Shown here piece after piece: positions 52,396-64,000 of a stretch of DNA of 64,000 nt (its first letter is position 1; every line of letters begins with the position of its first letter). The notes under the pieces are model-generated. The model did not search any database, had not been told where the DNA came from, and worked only from the letters and a program-made list of their open reading frames with translations. Source of the DNA: Lama guanicoe (lineage: Eukaryota); assembly GCA_013239625.1 (NCBI GenBank), contig MU053911.1:424132-488131 (forward strand). The letters are read 5' to 3'. The position numbers and the translations under genes are program-made.

Positions 52396-52521
52396 AGGGT
52401 TTCACAGCCTCTGTGCTGTGGCTGTTTGGGGCCAGATAGTCACTTCTTTGTTGTGGGGAGCTGTGCTGCGCACTGCAGGATGAGCAGGCTGTACCCACCA
52501 CATGTCAGCACTCCCCACTTT
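52396..52521. mobile_element. MER20 5' part
   Basis: cagggtttcacagcct...tttggggccagatag..tctttgttgtggggagctgtgctgcgcactgcaggatg. Confidence 0.75.
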
Positions 52522-53378
52522 GAGTGTGAGCTCTTTGTGTGTTCTTGAAGTTAAGCCTTTGTCAGTTGCATTGTTTGCAAATATTTTCTCCCAGTCTGTA
52601 GACTGCATTTTTGTTTTGTTTATGGTTTGCTTTGCTGTGCAAAAGCGTGTAAGTTTAATTAGGTCCAATTTGTTTATTTTTGCTTTCATTTCCTTAAAGA
52701 GGCAGATGTAGTGAAATATTACTACAATTTATGTCAAAGAGTGTTCTGCCGATTTTTCCTCTAAGAGTTTTATAGTGTCCAGTCTGACATGTATGTCTTC
52801 AATCCATTTTGAGTTTATTTTTGTATATGGTGTTAGAGAATGTTCTAATTTCATTCTTTTACATGGAGCTGTCCAGTTTTCCCAGCACCACTTATCAAAG
52901 AGGCTGTCTTTTCTCCACTGTATATTCTTGCCTTCTTTGCTGTAGGTCAATTGACCAAAAGTACATGGGTTTAATTCTGGATTTTCTATCCTGTTCCATT
53001 GATCTATGTGTCTGTTTTGGGGCCAGTACTGTACTGCTTTGATTACTGTAGCTTTGTAGTATTGTCTGAAACCAAGGAGCATGAGTTCTCCAGCTTCATT
53101 CTTCTTTCTAAAGATTGTTTCTGTTAGTCAGGGTCTTTGTATTTCCATATACATTTTAAAATTATTTGTTCTAATTTTGTGAAAAATGCCAGTGGTATTT
53201 TGATAGGGATTGTATTGAATCTCTAGCTTGCCTTGGGCAGTATGGTCGTTTTGATATTGATTCTTCCAATCCAAGAACACGGTATATCTTGGTGTATCTT
53301 TCCACCTGTTTGTGTTGTCTTCAGTCTCTTTCATCAGAGTCTGAAAAGCTTTCAGAGTACCAGCCTTTTGCCTCCTTG
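52522..53378 (-). mobile_element. L1 ORF2 internal fragment
   Basis: ORF track 52729-53082 shows [37 protein letters not shown]. Confidence 0.93.
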
Positions 53379-56300
53379 GGGAAGTACCAGCGTGCTTCTT
53401 ACTGTGAGTATCAACACATTTTCATACATGGATAATACTCAACAGTTTGAAACAATTGGATCACAACAAGATTGGAATGGAAGTAGAACAAAGCAGCGCA
53501 CACTAGACTCAGCAGTACTCGTCGTTCTATAAACGAGAAAAAGTCAGTCAGCATGTCCTCCACTGCTTGCTCTCAATCCCTATCTGCATAAAACTCGGTG
53601 TTACTGAGCCTGCCCAGCTAGTCCTTCTCTATTATGTCCACACCACCTGTGATCTCTCTTACATGTGCTGGCTGACAGGCCTGTTGCCTTGTAATTTTCA
53701 CAAATGTAAGTATTTTCTCCCTTAGATGGTGACAAGATTATATATGATGAATAATGAATAAAAATGAATTGCAGCATTTCATCTTGCCATATTCTTCCAG
53801 CTAAAACAGAAACCATATTGCTAAAGAAACTTTTGTACTTAAGACTCAAAGCTGCATGTTGATGGATGTGCGTCTGGGGACGTATCTGGAAATACCTGTG
53901 ATTAAGCCACAATGTGACTGTTTGTACAAATATGCTAAACATAGGAAAAATCAGAAGCTAGTCTACTTTTAGGAAATGTTTTGGCTATTGTGCAAATACA
54001 GAATAATGTCCACAGCAAAGGGTGTGAAGCAACAAGTCCTTTGGATAGAATCTTACAAGTACTAAGTATTTTTTAAAATACATATTTTAAAATATTTACA
54101 TTAAATCCATCCATTAATATTTTTTGTGACTGGAACCTTTCAATCCCTTCAGGTGTTTTGGAATTTCATACAGTTCATAGAAATCCAGTATTAAACCATA
54201 TTTGTTCATCAGGACACTTCTGTTCAATGCGTGGTATTTGACTTGAGCTAGTGAAGGACTAAACTTTGTAAGAGAAGAATAAACCCACCGTGATTAGAGT
54301 TACTAATGGATCCTCCTTAAGGAAGCTGTTACCCTCTACATGATTTAACATTCAACAATCTTAATAATAGTAAAATAGCACAGTTCAATGTATCCTATTT
54401 ACCAAAGAAAAATCCTACAATTTTATTAGCCATATCTGTTCTATATTTAACACAAAAGGCACAGCTATAGTAGACAGAGCCACATGTTCAAGAATGACGT
54501 TCTGGGTGCCTATCTTTTCTGATGCTTTGTCAAAGCCATTCTTTAAAAAGAAATAATATATTGCTAGGGATAAAAACATGTTATGAACTCATTATTTTTA
54601 ACAAACATCTCTTGCTTTCTCAAGTCTTGACTCTCTGTGGCTTTCTTGCAGGAAGTAACCCTCAGCTTCCCATAAGCAACAGTAGACAGTCTTAAGTGGC
54701 TCAGTGGCTTTTCATCCCATCACAGTTCCTGACCTGTGTGGTCCTGCATTTAATAAATCTATTTTGCGTAACCCTCTTGTTGATGCCATGTTGACAGAGC
54801 TCACTGAATTCCAGAATTTCTTGATGATGCCATTTGTCACCAGATCCTAAAGTCTCACACTTTGCAAATTCCTGTGTTAGGCCTCAGGGGACCCTAGAGT
54901 TAAATAATTCAGTTGCTGGGACTTGCTTTCTGGCCATATCACCAAGTCTTGTCATGAGTTTGCATCAATGGAAGTGTTTTCCTCAGTGCTCAGCTCTCAC
55001 CCTAACCCACGTGCTCCCTCACAATTCTCTTCACTTAAGCCAGGAAACGTTCTGCAGTCACAGGAAAAGATGTGCTGTCAGTTGACTGAGACAGGACTGT
55101 AAATACTGGCCCATGATTTCAAGTGAGAAAGATGAAATTAGAGCCATTTTCCATTTTCTCGTCTCCCTGGAGGCCAGTTTTATTATGAAGTAAATTTCCA
55201 GCAGTTCCCAGAATTCCACTTCTGACCCTTGCTCTGTGGTCATAAACACAGCAACTTCTTACGGCCTATTTTACAACTCTTCAAGGGAGTCCGTGATTTG
55301 GAACAGAGCCTCTAACTTAACACACATTGTCCATGTGTTCAAGTAGCGCTGTGGCTCGACTCGAGAGATAAAGGTTGAATGATCGACGCTGTCATGTTCT
55401 TTGCTACTTTGGACCCTGTGGTGGCACAACTGATGCTGCCTTCCTTGCTGGTTTCTGTGGTCAGGTTCTCAGGGCCTGTCTTCCCCCCTGAAATGAGGTT
55501 GTGGTGCATGACTGCCGTTCTGTAGGGGATGATTTAGTCCTTGCCAGCCAAAATTTTTTCATAGCGAGAGATACTCATTTGATGATGCTAAAATTAAGAA
55601 ATTAAGGGAAAAAATGATTGATAGACCCAATAAATCTTATAATTTCTATCACTATGTTGGCTTGACACAGTGCAGTTGTGTGCTGTTAACATTGCAGTTA
55701 AACTCCATCCTCCTCAGACAGTTTAATTGTTCCAACACTTCAGTAAAAATAATTCTTATTCCTGGAATAGAGGAAATGAGTAGCTGTGTTGAGGTTCAGA
55801 GAGTTTAAATTTCTGTATTTCAAATAATGAGCCATTTATCAGAGCCTGATCATTTCTAAATACTCGAGGTTTTTCCTATTTAGGAAGGAAACCACTTAAG
55901 CACAACATCTCCACCCTAAGGGGAGGCTACCGTCTAGTAGGTCCTTTCACGTGATTAGAGGACCCACTTCTTCTGATAATGTTTTCACTCCTGTTAAATC
56001 ACATAATTGTTCAGTTTAATTATCAAGTGAGTTTAAGGAGTTACCAAACCCGAGCAAACTTACAGACGTGGTGAAAATAGAGAACAGGGTGCAGTGTCCA
56101 GGGCCTTCGAGGGACTTGCTGTGCAGGGAGGGCGGCAGAGCACAGAATGTGGGGAAGCTGGCGGTGCACGGGTCAGTTACAACGGGACTCAACAGCAGGA
56201 GGGGCCTCACGAGGCATCCGTTAACTAGTCGATAAATGGAAGGTGTCGGTTTGACTGCGCTTTGGCTGCGAGCAGCAGCGAGGAGAGGAGCACACTGAAC

Positions 56301-58499
56301 TTACTGCTGCGCACACCCGCCTGCTTCTGACGTCCAGGACACAGCCACAGCGGCAGCCCCGTGGTACAGAATGGCGCTGCGGGGGCCCGTTTTCTCTGGT
56401 TCTCTGTAACTGATGCTGTTTTTAGGATAACAACTCCAAAGTCCCAGGTCTGCCAGCCCCCATCCCAGCTCTAAACCCTTATAACAAGAAGCTCCAACGG
56501 CTTGCAGGAAAAAAGTCCTCACTGGGATCCAAGCCCAAATTTAGAGCACGGATGCCGTGATGATTTTCCTCTGCAAGCTGCTGGGTGTCAGCTATGAACA
56601 GAAGAAATACTTAGGAAAACTTCTGTCCTTTGAGCTTTACTTTCCAAAACTGAAGTGCAGATATTCTAGTAAAGGACCGACGTACAAGGAAGCTAAACAC
56701 CCGGTGTCTGTATTTCCTCTTTAAGTGAAGTTATCAAATACCACTTGAGAATCAGGAAGTGGGATACACTTCAAGACGCTTTTAACTCTAAATCCCGAAG
56801 TATTTAGGGTCATGTCTATGTGAAACTAGAACATAGGGTGAAATTTTTAAACAGTAATTTGGACATTCTTTCTTCAGATGCCAAACAACTGGGGATTTCC
56901 AAATATGATAATAAAGTGTGTTTTTAATGTTACATAAATATTAATGAAAAAATCTCTCATGGTAACAGTTTTGGTATGAAAAACAAATGATAGTGCCTCT
57001 GATAAGGAACCCACTTTTCTAATTAAGAACAAGAAGCTTCTGCAAAACCAGAAAGTTAGAGTTAACACACAATATCTTTAGGAAGCCAGCATTAAAATAA
57101 AGATAGCTGGAGTCAGTAATAGTATTGCCGGTAACTGTGTTAACAAAAATTAGGGTTTCTTAGTACAGTTCTGTAAGAAAGCCTCTTGTTGCTGTAAACA
57201 TAAAGGTTCATGATTTTTAGTTTATTGGAGTGGGGTGAGGGGTGTAGTCAAAAGGTGGCGTGATTTACAGGCTTCTGAAAAGAAACGTGCGTGTGCTGTC
57301 TCTGCAACTCTCCCAGCATTTCTTTGACCCCGTCACAGGCGCAGAGAAGAAGGGGATCTTTACCATTTCTATACAGGCAGCTTCTAGCCAGACAAGGCCG
57401 TAGCAACCAGGATCTGTTGGGATACACCCAGCAGATGTCCAGCCTGGCCGGTCAACCTGATCTTCTCAGCCTGATCGTATGCACTGTCCTTAACCAACTG
57501 GTACAGAGCTGAAGGTAGACTCACCCAGGGCCCAGGGTGCTTGCTCTTGGAAGAATGTGTGTTTCATTGTCTGCAATATAACAGTGTGTTCTTCTCACAA
57601 CACAAAGCCGCTGCCTTAGTTCTTTCTTCATCTCCTCTTTGACTTTTCTTTATTCCTTTCCTCCTTTTTTCCCTGAAATTTATTGTTGGTAGTGGCCGGA
57701 GGAAAGAGAAAAGCAAAAAGAATCCTTCCAACTCCATTGTTGCTTCCGAAGAAGACATCCTTTCCTTATACTGTGATTTTATGACGTTGTGTCTATGTTT
57801 AATTTCTTGGAAGTTGGTCAGTATAATATAATATTTCTTTTGAAAAAATCACTCCTGACATGTGGACTCAGGGGACAAGGAGTGCAAAGTAGTGGGTAGG
57901 AGGAGGGAGGAGAGTTTCTTGCCCTAGGCATCTTTCAGTTTCTGTTCATGGAATAACTAAGAAAAATAAACACTTGGAGGTTTCACTTGGCCTCACAGGT
58001 GGTCTCTGGGAATACAGCAGTGCCATTGCTAGTGCGTTTTCTGTTTCTTACTTGACAAAATGTTACACGTGTGCTTCGGATGGCAAAGGATGAGGGTCCC
58101 ACCTGTGTCTTCACGTAGCTTCCTTTTCTGGAGGTTGCTTGCACGTGGCCACACTGCAGCGCACCCAGAGTCTACTGTTTCTGCATGAGGACACTCTTCC
58201 ATCTCCTGCTTTACTGAAGCAAGAAGCAACGGGCACACTCCAGCCTGATGAGATTTTCTAAAGCAGCTTCCCTGGTTTTTCTAATGAGTGTGCAAAGTTG
58301 AGAGGCTTATTTTGACCCAGTGCATTTCCAGATTTTCCCTAAGGAAAGCATCCACCAGCAAACAGACATTAGAAATCGACCCAGATGGCTGAGAGTATGA
58401 CCTCAGAAGAACCAGTAACCAAGTATTTGCAATTCTGTCCCATAAAAACTATGTTCTAAGTCTCTGCCTCTATTGGTGCTTCTCTGTTTTAGGCAGATC

Positions 58500-59040
58500 T
58501 TGTTCAGCCTACCACAGTGAGCCTTCAGACGGCGCTGCCTGCCTTCATTCTCTCTCACTTACAACCCGTTTCCCACACGGTAGTCAACACGGTTTTTCCA
58601 TATTGCAAATATGGAACCATTATCCTCAAGAAAGAAAGACAATATCTTCCCATTGTTTGTAGTTTTTTTAAGGTTCATGGTGTAGCATATCTGCCCTTGG
58701 CCTGATTCTCAGCCTTCTGTTTGGCAAACTCTTTTTCACTCTACATAATCCTTAGTTAATACACTAATCTGAATGTTGACACTCTTCCTGTAAGAGTCAC
58801 TCTCCTCAGATTTTCCCCCAAAGATTGTTCTTTTACATGTGTCCATATCATCCTCTTCCTTCCCCACCTTAGTCCTCATCACATTTTATTATGAGCACTG
58901 CATAACTCCTGTCATCTTCACCAGTCTACAGCTCCATGAGTACAGGGGCATTGCCTGTCCTCTGAGTTTATAGCATCCCACAAGGGAAGAAGAACAGAAA
59001 AAGTATTTAATAAATGTTTTTGAATGAATGAATAAATATG
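58500..59040 (+). mobile_element. L2 3' region
   Basis: cagctccatgagtacagggg...aataaatgtttttgaatgaatgaataaat terminal repeat. Confidence 0.55.
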
Positions 59041-59074
59041 CTAGACACTCATATTGTGTTTTGCTGGCTGAAGG

Positions 59075-59585
59075 TGTTACCAAGTCCAACTGCCTAATGC
59101 TTGCTGCAAGACAGGCCAATAAACTGGGAGACGAGGTGTTGGGGCAAGGAAGAATGACTTTATTCAGAAAGCTGGCAGACTGAGAAGATGGGAGACTAAT
59201 GTCCTGAAGAACCATCTTCCCCAAGTCAGAACTCAGCCTCATACAAGGGGAGGGGGTGTGGTTGGTTGTTGCAAATTTCTTGGTGTCAGAACCTTTTGTT
59301 CTTGCAGCTGCCCGCATGGGGCAGGTCATGATGTTCCTGTAACCCTCCAACAAGACAAATGCTATTCTCTGTTCTGCAACTTTTCATCTCTATATGAAAG
59401 GGAAAGTGTTATCCCCTTAAAGGTCAGAGCCTTGAGAATAGACTCCCCTGTCTATTTCAGGCTCTAGACAACATTCTTTTACAGAAGGTGCAGAACCAGC
59501 AAGACTGAGCCCAAGAAACAGAGCACAGGGTTAGAGTCAAAGGAATAGATCTCATATGGAGTCAGATTTGTTCTTCCCTAGTACA
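59075..59585 (-). mobile_element. ERV1 solo LTR (MER41-like artiodactyl family)
   Basis: TG...CA termini (59075-59585); minus-strand AATAAA at 59159-59164; imperfect 4-bp TSD AAGG/AAAG. Confidence 0.8.
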
Positions 59586-59664
59586 AAAGTAACATCTGTT
59601 ATGAGGAAGTCGAATAGCCAGTTTTCAGGAAGATAAAGAAGAAACTGAGAAACAATTATATTTT

Positions 59665-59830
59665 CATTTATTTATTTATTTTAATTGAAGGTTAGTTACA
59701 ATGTGTCAGTTTCTGGTGTCCAGCATCATGTTTCAGTCATACATATAAATACATTCGTTTTCTATTCTTTTTCATCGTAGATTACTATGAGATATTGAAT
59801 ATAGGCCCCTGTGCTATACAAACAACTTTT
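59665..59830 (-). mobile_element. L1 3' tip
   Basis: ttaattgaaggttagttacaatgtgtcagtttctggtg... same family as 3590 and 13656. Confidence 0.85.
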
Positions 59831-61352
59831 TTTTGAGAACCAGATTGAAACTGGAAATGGGGACTCATGCTGAAAACTAACCAGATTACACTTTTCTTCC
59901 TTAAACCAATTTCCAAGGAGAAATGGATTGAAATGGAACATGCAAGGCTTGTGTGTTGGACATGAGGATGGATTTTTGATTAAGCTTAAGAAAAGATAAT
60001 TGCTTCCCAATTTATGTTTTTCACTCCCAAACTCCTGACACTAAATCACAGTTGTCTCCAAATTATGTACAGCCAGTAAGAGTGTGTTACTGATCAGTGT
60101 GATTCGTGACGGAGGAACCATCATAATGAGTCCAAGGGGGCGTGCAGCACTCTAAGGCCAGGGTGTAAAGAAGAGAAAAGCTTAGATCCACTGGGCAGTG
60201 GAACCAGAGTTTGAAAATAATGAACACAAAGGGACTTCTGTTTGGAATTACTCTGGAATTTTGCACTAAATTCCCAATGTATTTTTCTTTCAAGGATTCT
60301 GTGATTTGGTTAAACAAGTGTTCACCTTACTCACAACCTTCATGCTCTCAGAAATTTCATTCACACCTGCTTTCATTATTTCAAGCCTGAAAATTGTCAT
60401 CTTTTCAGTCAATTTTGAATACAGTAGTTGCTTAAGCCCTTTAATATTTTGGTTGTCCTGAATCATGCAAACACTGCCAAGGCAAATTGAGCATCATATT
60501 CTATCTTTCGTTGCCTGACAAGTCAGTGCATTCCATTTGTTTTCTGAAAAGCCAGAATATTTTCATAATTCACTTCTTCTAATGTAATCTAATGCACTAG
60601 CAGTAGAGTAGTTTCACTGAAAAGCTGACACTTCAAAAATCTCTACTCCAAATATAGGGTAGTTTTTTGACAATAATTATTCCTTCTTTGCATTCATTCA
60701 TTCAGTCATTGCTTCAGTTGCTTCTTTGAATTTCGTTCATTCAGATAGTGTTAAAGTTAGTTATAAATAAGGTATAAAGTTATAACCAGTGACTTGATTT
60801 TAATACTAATATGATTTTTGGTTTAAAGGAGAGCACATGAGATCAAGAATTTAGACAGGGATGTGATGGCAACATGACGCAGCATAAAATGTCACGCTGC
60901 CAACAACAGAAGCTCAACGTCCTTCCGGGGTCAGAGTGCCTTTGAGGGAGCTGTGGGATCCGGTGCCAGGGGCCCGGGAGGAGTCTTGCCCACCCAGGCA
61001 TCAGGTATTAGGCAGACAGACCTCGGTGGAACCTGTGGAACCCCATGACTTCTTGGCCACAGGCCAGGAGCCCCTAGAAAATACTGACTTCAACAATCAG
61101 GCACAGATGAGTGAGGCTTTATTCAAGTCCAGGTTCCCAGAGGAGAGGTTCCAGCATTCCATTGGAGAAAAAAAGTGGATGGATGCACTTGAGTGGGCAG
61201 CTGGGGGACTCGAGGAGGGACTGATGCTTTGAGTGTGCGGATGGCAGCACAAACTTCAAGGAACATGAATAATCAAGGTAACCTGATGCCACCGAAGGAT
61301 CACAGTTACCTCCCAATAATCAAGCCCCGAGACATGGCGATATGAGACTTAC

Positions 61353-61449
61353 CAGGTAAAAATTGGCGCGGGCTGTTCCGAGGAAACCCAGCGTGCTGCA
61401 AGGAAACACAGAAACTCACTGAAGTCAGGAGGACGGCGCAGCTGGGCAT
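61353..61449 (-). other. Candidate exon of an unannotated minus-strand transcript
   Basis: Donor CTG|GTAAGT at 61353; strong internal acceptor (ctgac..tttctgtgtttccttgcag|, exon start 61395); Kozak-like GGCACCATG at 61449. Confidence 0.3.
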
Positions 61450-62719
61450 GGTGCCGGCGCGGCCGCCCCAGGTGCACTCTCACCAGTGGTGCCCAGGGCT
61501 CCCTTCTGCACTCAGATCAAGGTTTGAGTTTTTCTTTTATTTCACAGTGAGCGGGGGAAAAGCAAAATAGCAGCATATGTGCAGGAAAACAGTTTTGTAT
61601 ATAAATAGCTGAAGCAGCGACATTGCATAGCTTAATCCAACAATTTACAAACTAATGTGCCTGCTGTTACACAGAATATTAAGGGCAGTTGTCTATTCTA
61701 CACATTTTTAGCAGCTACTTAAGCACACTGAGAAACTACACACTGATTTTATTAATCATTAATATTGCAAAGAAGTTGATCTGGAGATAAGCCTCAAAGA
61801 ACAAGTGACTAGAGTTCAAACTGTAATTAAAATGTTTCTATTAGGCTTAGAAAATCTTACCATGAACTGGTAGCAAGAGAGAAGCTATTTAATTACATAA
61901 AATACTGTAACCGAGCCGACAGCTCTTGATGAGCAGTTTCCGGACGGTTATACTGTCGTGTGTATAAAACCCCACTTTTTTTGCCAAGACTAATCAGATG
62001 GAAAACCATAAGCACGTCTGATGAGGCAGCTAATGTATCTCTGTCTTTGTTGACAACTTTGAAGCAAGATATAAAGAACAAATTATTCCAAGCCTGCCTT
62101 TCACTTTACATTTGGACAAGAACTAGGTTCCTGAAGTGAAGTGCCTTGGAATCAAATTTGGCAAAGAACTGGAAATGTATCTGCTATAGAGCAGGAATAA
62201 TTATGCCATAAGATTTCTTTGTATTACCGGTGTTTACATTTTTTATAAATAAGAAGGTACTTTGGTTTTAATTATGTAAATTTTATCAAAATTTTACAAG
62301 TTAATTAAGAGAAACAAGTATTCTTTAGAGGTTGAAGAACATACTGTTTTTAGCTAAATTGAAATGCATTCATTAGTATTTATATATGAGTATACTAATC
62401 AAGGTAATAATTGCTTTAAAATTTCCAGTGCTCTGGCTAAAGGCGTTGTTTTGTTTTTGTGTGTGTATATATATATACATACACACACACACATGAGAGA
62501 GACCAAAATCTCCATAATCTATATAATGGGTAAATCTAACAGTCTTTTATTTGTGTGGGCAATTGTTTATTTCTTAAATTCATGTCTAAATTGGCTTTAC
62601 TGTAAAAAGCTATCATATAAATTCAAATGACCTGCCACAGAGTTCTTCCAAGGTGCAAAGTCTGTCTTATGAAAGATGTGTTTTAAATTCACACGTGTGG
62701 CGAGTGAATTGCTGTGCCT

Positions 62720-63990
62720 CTCATTTGTGAACCCAGTGAATGAGAATTAAGCACACGTTCTAGTCTCGGTGGTTTGCACACTTCAGTGAAGTGAGGGATC
62801 GATAATCTTTATATACTCACAATCTAGAGAAGATGGGAAATAGGCGAGCTGAAGACAGGGCAGAGGGCGACAAATCTACGGGAAAAGAGTGGGTAGGGTG
62901 GAATGGAGAGTTGGGATGTGCAAAGCGGCGGCAGTTGCAGTGTTACACGGGGTCATCGCGCCACGGTCAGGTGAGATGGCCGTAGGTGAAGCGATGCTGT
63001 GAGAGCAGACTCTCAGGAGTGAAGGAGTTGGCCGTGGCCGAAGGAGAGTTGCAGGTAGAGGAAACGGCAAACCTGAGGTGGGTGAATGTCTGAAATGCTC
63101 AGAATCTCAGGGAAGTCAGCATGCCTGGAGTCACGTGAGCCGGGAGGGGAGCAGCCGAAGATGTGCTCAGAGGTGACTGTGGTCCGATCCAGAAAATCTT
63201 GCTGTAGATCGCTGCAAGGACTTCGGTGACTATTTGATGTAAACTGGGGAGTGTCGTGATTTCTTTAGTGTCTTAGCAGAATCCTATGACTACATCACTG
63301 AGTGAGATTGCTGAGAGGCCAAGGTGGGTCAGGCAGATCAATTAAGAGGCAATTAAAGTATCACCAATAGTGGCTTTAGGTCAGGGAAAAAGGGAAAGTG
63401 GTAACAAGGGTGTAGACTGAGGACATATTTTGGAGATAGAGCCAGCAGGGTTTTCTGGTTGTGTGGGAAAGAAGATTCAGGGATGAGTTTATGGATTTTG
63501 GCTTAGAAATTAGAAGGATGAATTCCACCTGTCCAACTGAGAAGGACAAGTCTGGAGGTGAAGGGATCTGGGGTGGGTCTATCAAGAGACCAGTCTGGGA
63601 CAAGTTAAATTTGAGAAGAGCATTTTTACATTCAAATGATGATGCAACTGCATATAGGAGTCTGGGTTTCATAGAGACATGTGGACTGGAGATAGACATT
63701 TGGAAAATATTGGCCTAGAGATAGCATTTAAAACTAATAAAACCAAATTAAAAGGAGTGTGGCTAAGGCCTGGGACACTTCTCCATAGACGGTTAGAAGG
63801 TAGAGGGTGACCCAACAGAGGAGGCTGAGAAAGGGCACTGAAGTGGTTGGAAGGAAACCACGGATGTGCAGGGTCCTGGAAGCCAAGTGAAGAGACACTC
63901 AGAAGTGGGGGAAGCTGCCAGCAGTGTCTAACGCTAGCGAAAAGCCAAGGAAGGTGCGAACTGCCAAGTGACTGCAGATAGCATGGTTTG
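62720..63990 (-). mobile_element. L2 fragment
   Basis: gacatattttggagatagagccagcagg...gggacaagttaaatttgag...ggactggagatagacatttgg...ggaggctgagaaagg is typical antisense L2. Confidence 0.75.
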
Positions 63991-64000
63991 GGTCACTCTA

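Noticed and set aside
24488..53334. ORFs with L1 ORF2 similarity
   Set aside because: Frameshifted, truncated retrotransposon remnants; no intact ORF2.
1..64000. CRISPR arrays, operons, rRNA or prokaryote-type systems
   Set aside because: The sequence is mammalian; no repeat-spacer array, dense gene cluster or rRNA-like sequence was seen.

Overview
Mammalian genomic DNA, most likely a camelid (Vicugna/Lama/Camelus), judged from tRNA-Ala-derived vic-1-type SINEs and lineage-type L1 3' ends. The window is repeat-rich and nearly gene-empty. It holds many L1 fragments (one a clear twin-primed 5'-inverted L1 with TSD inside a hAT element), SINEs, two ERV1-type solo LTRs, MaLR LTRs, L2/MIR, hAT MER elements, a ~0.5 kb near-perfect tandem duplication, microsatellites and three N gaps. 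None of the supplied ORFs looks like a real single-exon gene. The only protein-coding candidate is the 3' end of an unidentified + strand spliced gene (1-25, 3144-3184, 4244-4317, with AATAAA at 4376). There is a CpG island at ~38.6-39.2 kb with a consensus donor, and a weak minus-strand exon chain at 56-61.6 kb. The most unusual signal is mutational: old repeats show local runs of almost exclusively A/T-to-G/C substitutions next to short GC/CpG peaks, consistent with GC-biased gene conversion hotspots. I see no evidence of a new multi-gene system. Repeat family names come from recalled consensus sequences and need RepeatMasker confirmation. Many repeat boundaries are approximate.
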